Shown piece by piece: positions 1-13,809 of a DNA stretch of 64,000 nucleotides. The stretch's first letter is position 1. The number at the start of each line of letters is the position of its first letter. Source of the DNA: the human T2T-CHM13v2.0 reference genome, Homo sapiens; the NCBI RefSeq assembly GCF_009914755.1, contig NC_060925.1. One strand, 5' to 3'. The translations under genes were made by a program, and so were the position numbers. The notes under the pieces are model-generated. The model had not been told where the DNA came from. It did not search any database and saw only the letters and a list, made by a program, of their open reading frames with translations.

Positions 1-149
1 GAAAAGAAAAGAATAGCTACAGCCGGTTGCCTGTCTGCCAAAGACCTCTAACATGTATTCCTGGCACAGTCTCCTCAGCATTTGTGTCTTCTGTGACTTT
101 TGTGGTTAGAATACTTTGGTGTACTTGTCGGCAGGTTCACTGTGGATAA

Positions 150-472
<323 letters not shown>

Positions 473-888
473 CCACCAAAACATTTCTGAAGAATGACAT
501 TAACATGTTTCTTTGTGTGCACTCATGTATGCATGTGTATGACAATACATATATATTTTATAACATTTAAGCATTTTGTGGGGAAATAAAATTGATTTTG
601 ATGCTGTATTCATGAAAGTGTTTTACAAGCACATGGGTAATGAAACCAGCCATTTAGGGATTTCAGGAACTTGTCATTTTCCAGGAAAAATATATAAATA
701 TGACAAACCTAACTTTGAAGTATTAAACGTAATTATTTAAAAAGTCTGTAGTGGTTGATTTCTGTGCAGAGTTAGGTTTGCTGAAACTAGTTGTCACTTC
801 CACCTCTTTTTCCTGCTCAGGAATGTCTGTCGGGATGCAAGTGATTGGGGGTGATATTATAGGGATAATTCAGAATCCGCCCTATCAG

Positions 889-1204
889 TTTATTTTTATT
901 TTTATTTTTATTTTTATTTTGAGATGCAGTCTCGCTTTTGCCCAGGCTAGAGTGCTGGAGTGCAGTGGCACGATCTCGGCTCACTGCAGGCTCTGCCCCC
1001 CAGGGTTCACGCCATTCTCCTGCCTCAGCCTCCCGAGTAGCTGGGACTACAGGCGCCCGCCACCTCGCCCGGCTTTTTGTATTTTTAGTAGAGACGGGGT
1101 TTCACCGTGTTAGCCAGGATGGTCTCAATCTCCTGACCTCGTGATCCGCCTGCCTCGGCCTCCCAAAGTGCTGGGATTACAGGCGTGAGCCACCGCGCCC
1201 TGCC
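889..1204 (-). mobile_element. AluY-like
   Basis: Diagnostic ttcacgccattctcc and accgtgttagccaggatgg; TSD cctat(c/t)agtttatttt. Confidence 0.95.
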
Positions 1205-1236
1205 CCTATTAGTTTATTTTTAAAAAGCAAATCATT

Positions 1237-1518
1237 GGCTGAGCGTGGTGGCTCACGCCTGTAATCCTTGCACTTTGGAAGGAAGAGGCGGGAGGATTGC
1301 TTGAGTTCCGGAGTTTGAGACCAGATTCGGCAACATAGTGAAACCCTGTCTTTACAAAAAATTAAAAAAAATTTAGCCAGATGTGGTGGCGAGTGCCTGT
1401 AGTCCTTGGGAGGCTGAGGTGGGAGGCTTACTTAAGCCTAGTGGGTTGAGGCTACAGTGAGCTGTGATACCCCCACTGCACTCCAGCTTGGGCAACAGAG
1501 TAAGACTCCGTCTCAAAA
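1237..1518 (+). mobile_element. AluJ-like
   Basis: Diverged Alu with ggaggattgcttgag J diagnostics. Confidence 0.9.
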
Positions 1519-2388
1519 CCCACCCCCCTGCCCAAACAGTAAATCATCTACAAAAATTTTGGTGCTTAAACCGTTACTAGCAACATATTCATCAGGGTGC
1601 CCCTCACAACTGCTGCAGAGAAACTTGGGGACTAAAATCAAGTATAAACCACGGATGGGCTCACGGTGCACTTCACTGAAGGTAAAATTGTCATGATTAT
1701 CAGATCCAGCATCCTGGGCCTGAGATGTAAGCACTTTTCAGAGAGGAAAAAAGTGTTGGCTGTCCTCTTTCCTCACTCCTCTCTCATCAACAATATAAAG
1801 GTATCAGTGAAGAAAACGTTTTTAACACTAGTGTCCGTGTATACTGACTTCTGGTTGGGAAGGTGCCTGTGATTCCCACCTCCTCTGCCAGATCTGCCGA
1901 AAAAAGCTAAGAACTGGATGCTGAAATGGATGAACTTGAGCAAAGCCTCATACTGTTTCTGGGTGGTTATGATCTCTAGGCCACTTACTGGTTTTGAAAT
2001 TACTGCCTCTTCCTACTCTGTCCTTCCTATCACAGACAGCAGGTTTATTGCATAGACTAGGCGGTGCCCTTTACATTGTTTCCTCTTTCAGGTAAATGAA
2101 GAGGTTGCTTTCCAGTTTTAAGGTGCCCTTTTACAAATAATTATTAGATGAATCGAAACTCTTAGGAGTAATAATTAAAGAAATGGAATTTGAAAAAGTT
2201 ATTCAGCTTTGTTTGTACTTTAGGTTCCTGGCTTTTATAGTAATGCTTTATATTTGCTGTTGTTCCTGTAATCAGAGGCCCCAACTCTTGGATAAATGGG
2301 CAGTGTCCTTATTTCGAGGATATGGGAACTGAGGAACTGAGCACTCAGGTGCCTTTTATCAGAGCTACTCAGTGATTGGGGAAATTCA

Positions 2389-3693
<1,305 letters not shown>

Positions 3694-4307
3694 TGATTTT
3701 TGGCTCAAAAAATATGATCTTGTAGTTAGTCCCACTTCTGAGCTGTGAGAAACCGCAGGAAGATAAAGTGGTGCTTTGGAGAAGGACGTATTCACCGCCC
3801 TTCCTTCTTCCCTCCCAGCTCTCCTTTCTTTTATGGTTTGTAGTTATAACCGAGATTTATGCTTGTTGCTCCACAAATCTTCTCTCTGCCATTATGAGTT
3901 TGTCTGAACAGTCTAGAGATGGGGCCGACACTGAGTGATTCTTGAAGTAAATCTATCCAGGGGCACTCCTTGACAGTCAGAGGCAGAGAGGAACTAACTC
4001 ATAGCCCCCAGTGGAGCAGGAGTCTGGATAAATTACCCCTGTCAGGAAGAAGACATGCTGCCACTTTTGTGACCTCTTGCCTTCACAGTGACCCTGGGGG
4101 CACAGCTCTCCTGTTTGTGTGCAGAGTGTGTGGGGCGGTGCTCTGGGTCAGCGATCATTCCCTTTACCCAGCTGTGTCTGCCAAGAGGCCTTTCTCTCTG
4201 TGTTGGCCCAGCCAGGCCCATGGCAAGTGGGTCTTTAGGACCAGGGCCACTTTTTGCAGCCGTATGGTAGCAAGGAGTTGCTGACAATCAAGCACACAAG
4301 TTGATTG

Positions 4308-4691
4308 ATTCCTTTTCCTTTTCCTTTCCTTTCCTTTCCTTTCTTTATTTTCTTTCTTTCCTTTTCCTTTTCTCTTCTTTCCTTCCCTCCCCTCCCCTCC
4401 CCTCTCCTCTTTTTGTTTCACTCTGTCAACCAGGCTGGAGTGCAGTGGTGCCACCTTGGCTCACTGCAACCTCCGCCTCCCAGGGTCAAGCTGTTCTCCT
4501 GCCTCCGCCTCAGTAGCTGAGATTACAGGTGTGCGCCACCACACCCAGCTAAGTTTTTGTATTTTTAGTAGAGACGGAGTTTCAACATGTTGGCCAGGCT
4601 GGTCTCAAAACTCCTGACCTCAAGTGATTTGCCCACCTTGGCCTCCCTCCCAAAGTGTTGGAATTACAGGCATGAGCCACCATACCTGGCC
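4308..4691 (-). mobile_element. AluS-like with expanded (TTTCC/CCCCT)n pyrimidine tail
   Basis: Alu body 4409-4691; low-complexity tail 4308-4408. Confidence 0.9.
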
Positions 4692-4789
4692 AATGATTAT
4701 TTCTATAAATGGTTTCATTTAACTAGCATTTACCGACAGTGGATTTTGATGGAGAAGGAGAATAAAGAACAGGTATTAAACATCTTTTA

Positions 4790-5058
4790 GGCTAGGTATG
4801 GTGGCTCACACCTGTAATCCCAGCACCTTGCGAGGCTGAGGCAAGAGAATTGCTTGAGCCCAGGAGTTTTGAGATCAGCCTGGGCAACGTGACGAGGTGC
4901 CATCTCTATAAAAAATACAAAAATTAGTGGGACATGTGGCTCGAGCCTGTAGTCCCAGCTACTCTGGAGGCTGAGGCAGGAGGATTGCATCAACCCAGGA
5001 GATTGTGATTACAGTGAGTCTGGGTGACAGAGTGAGACCTGTCTCAAAAACAAAACAC
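4790..5058 (+). mobile_element. AluJ-like with internal deletion
   Basis: Alu consensus. Confidence 0.9.
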
Positions 5059-5126
5059 AATCTTTTTTCCCCCCCTTTACCATACTTTTCCTTTGCTGTA
5101 TCTTGTTGTCTTGTGTGTACTTTGAA

Positions 5127-5273
5127 ATTTTTATTTTATTTAAATTTTATTTAAATTTTTATAGAGACAGGGTCCCACTGTGTTGGCCAGGCTGGTCACA
5201 GTCTCCTGGGCTCAAGTGAACCTTCTCTTTAGCCTCCCAGAGTGCCAAGATTACAGGTGTGAGCCACCCGGCC
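5127..5273 (-). mobile_element. FLAM / Alu left monomer
   Basis: Single monomer with T-rich tail. Confidence 0.85.
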
Positions 5274-5286
5274 CAGCTTGTGTGTA

Positions 5287-5562
5287 TTTTTTTTTTTTTT
5301 TGAGACGGAGTCTTGCTCCGTTGCCCAGGCTGGAGTGCAGTGGCATGATCATGGTTCACTACAACCTCCGCCTCCCGGGTTCAAGTGATTCTTGTGCCTC
5401 AGCTTCCTGAGTAGCTGGGATCACAGGTGTGTGCCACCATGCCCAGCTAATCTTTGTATTTTTAGTAAAGACAGGGTTTTGCCATGTTGGCCCGGCTGGT
5501 CTTGAACTCCTGGCCTCAAGTGATCTGCCCGCCTCAGCCTCCCAAAGTGCTGGGATTACAGG
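5287..5562 (-). mobile_element. Alu (Jb/Sx-like), slightly 5'-truncated
   Basis: Alu consensus. Confidence 0.92.
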
Positions 5563-5876
5563 CTTATGTGTACTTTTGAGAGTCGTTTAGAGTCTTTTGT
5601 GAAATGAAGCAGGGGTATCAATAAGAACATATTTTTAAAAATGTGTCAAGAGCTTGCATTTGGCATCCCTGTCTGACCAACTTGCTGTTTGGGTCCCATG
5701 GAACGTACTCACCAGGCTCTTGGTGCTCTGAACAAGGCAGGTCCTCAGCCAGTCTCTCCCACACTCATCTGTACCCCAGGAGCTAGTTTGTCCCTAAACC
5801 TGTGTCCTTGTATTAAACATGATGTCAACAGGTGAACTAAGAGTGTGAAGAGAGGGTTCTGCAAATATAATGTGTT

Positions 5877-6180
<304 letters not shown>

Positions 6181-6194
6181 TAATGTGTTCTATA

Positions 6195-6651
6195 AAAAGA
6201 AATGTGAAAAGAAGGTTTTATGAAAACTAAGTTAAATGCTTTGCTAAATGTGAATTGCTAAAAACATTGCTGTCAAATTAGGTGTGAGCGAGATGACAGT
6301 TAAACATTAGAGGAAGATCATAAACATCTAGAAGGATTCTGTACTTTGATTGCTTTACTGATGTCTTGAAGTTCTTACTTTGCTTTAGAAATTGTGGAGG
6401 CTGTGTTATGGGTAGGGTTTATGCAAGAAAGACGTCTGGGAACTTCAGTCTGTGGGCCCACACTCAAAGCAAAGGGCTTGGCTTTACATCAAAAGATCAG
6501 CAGTGACTGAATGTTTATAGGTTTTCAGTTAATAGAAAATGTTTTCAGTATGTGGAGCAGGTTCCATTTTTGATTCCCTGCTTTAACTGATTTTTTGATT
6601 AACTGAACAATTACTAGCTCCGATCACATAGGCCAGGAGGGCTTCTACTCT
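6195..6651 (+). mobile_element. Tigger-family (Tigger13a-like) DNA transposon fragment with CENP-B-type HTH remnant
   Basis: From 6385 it reads LEIVEAVLWVGFMQERRLGTSVCGPTLKAKGLALHQKI (pogo/JRK-like HTH) and ends in the TIR-like gagggcttctact. Confidence 0.65.
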
Positions 6652-6664
6652 GTAATATTCTGGC

Positions 6665-6716
6665 CTCACTGTTGGTGTCTTTATTTTGGTCTCGCTGTTG
6701 GTGTCTTTATTTTGGT
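6665..6716. repeat. 26-bp tandem duplication x2
   Basis: ctc(a/g)ctgttggtgtctttattttggt twice, one mismatch. Confidence 0.95.
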
Positions 6717-6724
6717 TACTTTGT

Positions 6725-6850
6725 TTGATTCCAACAAATTTGTGAGAATTACTAATTTTGCAGTGAGGAGACTGAGCCCAGAGCATTCAAGTTCCTACAG
6801 CTAAGAAGTGGCAGGACTGGGATTGAAAGCTGGTGTCCATGCTGCTGAAC
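6725..6850 (-). mobile_element. MIR fragment
   Basis: attttgcagtgaggagactgagcccagagc core. Confidence 0.65.
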
Positions 6851-7753
6851 CTGTGCAGACGGGGAGAGCAGGTATGGGTGCGGTGTGGACCGCGCTGTCA
6901 GGCACACTAGCGTGCGTGCGGGGCGCCCGCTGCACAAACGTATCTTCAGCCGATGCTCAGTGCTGCCTGGTGATTCTGTACCTCCTTTCTGAGGCTGCTG
7001 CCTTAGTGTGCTCTCCGTGGTTGGAGTCTTTTGTGTGCATCTTAGCTGTTGAAAAGGCGCCTATTAATTTATCACAGGTGATGTGTGCCTCCTTGTGCTC
7101 AGAGGAGGCGTCTGCACCCATGTACCTCACTAATGACAGGTTATGGGATGGAGAGGAGATAATAGGATCTTTTCATGTGATGTCTATATAGCAAGGTGCT
7201 ATGTCCCTGGTAGCTTCTAGGGGGCAGCAGCCGCTTGTTGTTCTGTCTCTTGCTGGTGGGGAGAAGGTTGGACAATTGAGCAATTTGCTCTGGACTCCAG
7301 CTCTTAAAGTGGTGCCTGCAGGTCTCCAGGGAGTCACTGGAATCCGCATAAGTAAAGAAAATACAATATCCAGGATCTTTTATTTCTACTTTCTCTGCCC
7401 CCTCAGGTAAATCCTTTATCTGTGTTTCTATCAACATCCACAAATTCCTCATTGTCAGAGTTAAGGCAGCAAAGTTCACCTGCTTTGAAGATAAGAGAAT
7501 AGAGATGTCTTTAAGAGAGTAAAATCTTTCTGTCAGATCTTACTTGTTGCCAAGAGCTAGACATTGATAACCCACTCAAATAATGTTTAGAGGTTTTGAA
7601 ACTTTCCCCCATGGGCACGTGTCTTTAATTCTGTTGGGAATACCACTGTCATATGGTTGATTACCTGTTCTTCCTGTCAGCATTTCCCCCCAACCCCACT
7701 CCCTCCCCCTATCCAAACTAGTCTTACAGAGGTTTCTCTTCAATTCTAAATGA

Positions 7754-8130
<377 letters not shown>

Positions 8131-8459
8131 TGACATATGGGCAACTTGTGCCTTGTCAGAGTGAGTCCCAGCTCCCTCCCCCCCAGAAGTGCACCTCCTA
8201 CTGTGCCCTCTGAATGCTCCTGCCTGCCAGATCTTCCAGCTGTGTGGCTGAGGCAGGTGCCCAGGAGGAGAAAGGCTGGTTGCAGGCAGAACCAGATGGT
8301 TGCAGTCCACACGGGGAAGCAAATTGGCCGTGACATTTCAGCCATGTGAGGTTTATTTAGGATTAGCTAAGAATTCTCAGCCTTGACTCCACTGAGGGAG
8401 GAGCGGGTGACCTAGGGCCACTTTCTTGTGGCTTTGCATTCTTTCAGGCTTTCATCTGA

Positions 8460-8849
<390 letters not shown>

Positions 8850-10229
8850 AAAGGCATGCCTCTTAACCTCACCTCTCCAGCTCTCTGTTGTCTGAAAAAT
8901 GGCAGTTAATAGAATTTGTTAATAAACAGAAGAAATAACGAGAAATAGTGGCACATCATTTGACAGTAAGGTGGTTTATAATTTCTGTTTATCAAATGAT
9001 TCTCATTATTATTATTTCTATTGGATTTTTGAAGAATTCAGCCTGGTCCCCAGAGCCCCATTTGTAAGGCATTTTATTTCTTTATAATATCTAGAAATAA
9101 CTTCAGTTCCAGTGAAATCCAGATCTGTGGTCCCATCCCACTCCCCAGCCCTGGTTCTCTCCCCTTCCTCTCTGCTTGTCTTCTGTGACCTCAGCGGGCT
9201 CCATCAGGTGGGGGTATCCCCTACTGACCAGACTGGCAGAGCTAATGCCGGCTGGAGGAACGCTGCCGTGTTTGTTTTTGCAGTTCCTGGATTTGGTTTA
9301 ATGTACAATTGATTTTTTAAATGTATTTAATCATTTTTTTCTTACCTCTTAAGGATTAACCTGCACAAACCTCATTTTATCCTAAGTGTGGCTTTGGGAG
9401 GAAGGGAGGAGAAAATTGAGTTTCTCCAGCTTATTTTATTCTTTTACGCTTTATTTTCCAAATGGCTTTTCCTGCCGAAGCAGCTTTGTATAATACAATG
9501 TATTTTCGTGGCCATTACTTACTCATTACTAACTGGTCTCTCCTGCTTCCCTTTGTCTGTGAACTAAATACAGGGGGCCTCAAGATAATTGGTAGCTCCA
9601 TCACTGACCCACCAATTATAGATCAGCAGGGAAGGCAGCCCAGGGATGGTTTGTGGTTGGCACAGGCTGCCCACCTAGAAATGTGAGTTATTCTCTACCT
9701 GCCACCAAGTTGGGCTTGACTAGATCGATCCTTTCCTAATTTTGGACTTTGGCATCTCTAATTGCATCACACGGCTCCCTGGTTTACAGGTTTCAGCCTC
9801 ATTTCATCCCTACACGTGCTGCTGGTGTCTTTCTTAGTTCATGCCTCCTTGGCATGTCTACAAAGTATTAATTTGCAGAGGTTTTGTTTGTATTTTCCTT
9901 TGAGGTTCCCTGGTGCCTAGAATGGTTAGATGGCAGGCTGCAGATAAATAATTCTGTTGAAACAGCAGGTTTCTGTGCATTTTTGTCTGGTGTGTCCAAG
10001 TAAAGGCAAGTCTTTGTGGGCACCATATTAAGCCCCCTTTTTGAGCATTTATCTGATTTGTGTTCCAGCTTATCTACTTTGCTCTGGCATGGAGAAGGAA
10101 AAGTCCCATTTCCTGCTAGGCTGCCAGGCACTTATGTAAGACTTTTAGGTGCCAAAGTAGGAAAGGAGTCCCTGTGTTGTATGGCCGTATATATTTTGCA
10201 TGTGTGTTTCCTGGCTGTTTGGCACCTAG

Positions 10230-10325
10230 GCACTTTGCTAAGCCCTGTATGGGTTGGGCATATACCGTATTGCTCAGCTCCTGGCAGAAAATAGGCACTC
10301 ATACATATTTGTGGAATGAGTGAGT
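10230..10325 (+). mobile_element. L2 3' end fragment
   Basis: cctggcagaaaataggcactcatacatatttgtggaatgagtgagtg. Confidence 0.55.
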
Positions 10326-11150
10326 GTGTGTGCTCACTTATGTGCGATGGAGATGATGAGCCAAGGAGTTGGATTGCACAGTTGCTGCCTGGCGTCCTGC
10401 TAGGAACTTAGGGTGCAACATTCCCACTGGGCCACACATATGCCGATGTTCAGTGGATGACTGCTACGCAAGCAACATAAAGAGGCCATTTTATGAAAGG
10501 GAACATCAGAGGAAACATTATAACTGAGACCTTTATAGCCTTTCCATTATTATGGTTTAAATCTTGACAGTCTTTATTTGCAATGACACTGGGACCAGTA
10601 AAGACAATGCTCACTCCCACCTCCTCGTTCTCCACATCCTGTTCCGTAGCTGTGGTGCACCGATAGGCATCGTTAAATGTGCAGGCAGCAGAGCTGCTGG
10701 TTTGTCTAGAAACAGCCCCTTTTGACTCAGAAGTTGGAACCCAGATGACTCACCATTCTATTTGTTTTATTGCAACTGTCATTTCATAAAATGCCCTGAC
10801 AGCTTTAAACTGTAAATGCCAAAGTGAGGTTTTTGTCTTTTTTATTTTGTTATCTCCTGTTTTTTCTAATCTTTTATATTTCTATTTTCTCCTTTCTTTT
10901 CAGACTTATTTTCTCTTTCATTACTGTCTCTTTCTCTGTCCCTCCCTTCCTTCCTGCCTCCCCCCTTTGATGACTCTAATGGCATGAGTAGTTGAAGTGG
11001 TTTTTGCTAACATCATGGTGCGTTCTTTCCAGCTTTAATGCTATCTGATTGAGCGTGTCTCCCCTCAGATTTTTGTGTAGGGTTTAGAAATGGAAATGAC
11101 CATGCACATCAGAGTTTAAATTTTCCTAGGAAAGTCTGCCATGAACTGTA

Positions 11151-11448
11151 GGACCTATAACTTCTAGAGATGGAGGGACCCCTGACATCTGTGGACTATG
11201 GACTCCTGACTTCTGTGGACTCTAGAATTTATGACTTCTGTGGATTGTGGGGCCTCTGACTTCCATAGACCGTGGGACTGTGACTTCTGTGGACCCAGGG
11301 ACCTCTGAATTCCATGGACTGTGAGACCTCTGACTTCTGTGGCCTGTGAGATCTCTGACCTCTGTGGCCCGTGGGACCTCTGACTTCTGTGGTCTCTGGG
11401 ACCTGTGACCTCTTTGACTTCCAAGTCTTCTGTGGACTGCAGGACCTC
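11151..11448. repeat. Degenerate minisatellite, ~25-bp unit (ggacctctgacttctgtggactgtg), ~11-12 copies
   Basis: tgacttctgtgg core recurs at 24-25 bp spacing. Confidence 0.9.
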
Positions 11449-11521
11449 ATCAACACGTGTATTGCCAGAAGAGAGGCTTGATTGTGTTAACCTGTTTCTC
11501 TCCAGAGGTGTCACATACTAG

Positions 11522-11860
<339 letters not shown>

Positions 11861-12295
11861 CAAGTCTAAATTTTTAAGGACTAGAGCTCTCAGACCAGGA
11901 CTTTCTGGATCTTTTTTTCTGATACCCAACACTGTGGCACTTGACTAAGTCACCTGATTGATGACATGAGCATTGCTGGGTGTTGAAACACCTGGCCAGG
12001 GAAACAGAGACTTCTGTGGATTCATCCAAAGGATGGCAGACAGATTGTGGAATTTTAATGAAGGTGGGGTGGATCCCTGATGTTCGCCTGCTTTGAAGCA
12101 TAGCAGAATCCCAGCATTAACTTCAGGGGTGTTGGTTGGAAACCTGCACTGGCGTCGGTGGTTATATTCCACATTTGTCAAATCCTTAAATCCAACTGAA
12201 CTAATTTTAGAAGTAGCTAGTTATAATGAAAAAGAACAATATATTCAGATGCATAGGATCGTTTTTAAATGAAATGCTCCCTGTTCTTTTCCTTC

Positions 12296-12599
<304 letters not shown>

Positions 12600-13308
12600 C
12601 TTTTCCTTCTTTTATAAAAGGCCTTTGGTCTCTTTTGGCCTTCAGGGTGAGCCATCCTTTGACTTATATTAGAATACATTTTTTTTCCTGTATGCCTCCA
12701 ATGAAGGAGAGTGTGAGAGTGTTTTCTATGATGTGAGTGGGAGAAAATAGCGTGTTTTCACAATAGTTAACAAATTGATGGCTGTGAGTTTTGAAAGTGA
12801 GTTCTGTATATACACTGGGGTAGGATTCCACATAGAATGCTGTTTTCACCCACCTGGCTGGTTGTCTGATTCTAACATAGCTGCTATCCCTGATTCTAGA
12901 AATCAGAAAACCACAGGCTGTTCACATAATACTCTACCCTTCTGAGGCTAAGGTGGGAACAGGATGGTGGCGGGGTTTGAGTCAACATGGTCTCAGTTCC
13001 CACCAAAGACCAGTGTGTTCCCCTGTTCCAGCCGACAGCTTGAACAAGGATTCTAAAGTTTCTGGCCGTTTTAATTGAACTGCAGTGAGGGGTGGCCCGA
13101 TAGCCTGCTTAGGACATGGGTAATTACTCCTAGGGCCTGGGAGCCAAGTGTCCCTCGCAGGTTCCCTCTTGGTTCTCTACCTAAGGATATCTTCCCCTTC
13201 CCTGGGCAGGGCCTCTGAGGAACAGAAGGATCATTTAGTGCTCATGGCCTGCTCATTCCTTGGCTTCTCTGCTGAGCTATCCAGCAGGGGTGCCAATTCT
13301 TCCATTTA

Positions 13309-13480
13309 GCTGACTATTATATAGCCCTTAAAAGGGAAGGGTTTATTTTAGCTGGCTGCTATATTGATTGCTATAGGGACGTTTCTATTTTCACTGGCTG
13401 CTATATTGACTAGGAAAGGGAAAGGGGCCGTATTGCCGGGAGCTGTCATATTGACTGTTACAGAAAAGATCTGTATTTAA
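13309..13480. repeat. Decayed ~42-bp tandem repeat, ~4 units
   Basis: ctggctgctatattga at 13352 and 13394 (period 42), with related units at 13309 and ~13442. Confidence 0.7.
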
Positions 13481-13754
13481 GCAGTACCAGTGCACTGGGA
13501 TCTCCCAGGCAGGATATTAATGCTAATTCATCCGCTCACCCCCTGCTGTGAGTGTTATTTGTTTAAATCTGTAGATTCCCACAGCGCGTTTATATCCTCA
13601 CTAGAGTGAGCTCCGCTCCCTGTAATTATTTAACATTATATGCTGATATAAATTGTAACAGTTAAAGAATGGTAATGAGTAGCCAAAAAAGAAAAAAAGA
13701 AGAAAGAAAAGAAGGAAATAGAAAAAAAGGAAAAATGTATAAAATAATCTATGC

Positions 13755-13757
<3 letters not shown>

Positions 13758-13806
<49 letters not shown>
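13758..13806. repeat. (TG)~24 microsatellite
   Basis: Perfect TG run. Confidence 0.98.

Positions 13807-13809
<3 letters not shown>

Noticed and set aside
7212-7228. CTCF-like TAGGGGGCAG
   Set aside because: The 5' CC positions mismatch and there is no CpG context.
11151-11448. CRISPR-like array or repetitive protein
   Set aside because: The units are contiguous and degenerate with no unique spacers, the context is eukaryotic, and the ORFs are by-products of the repeat.
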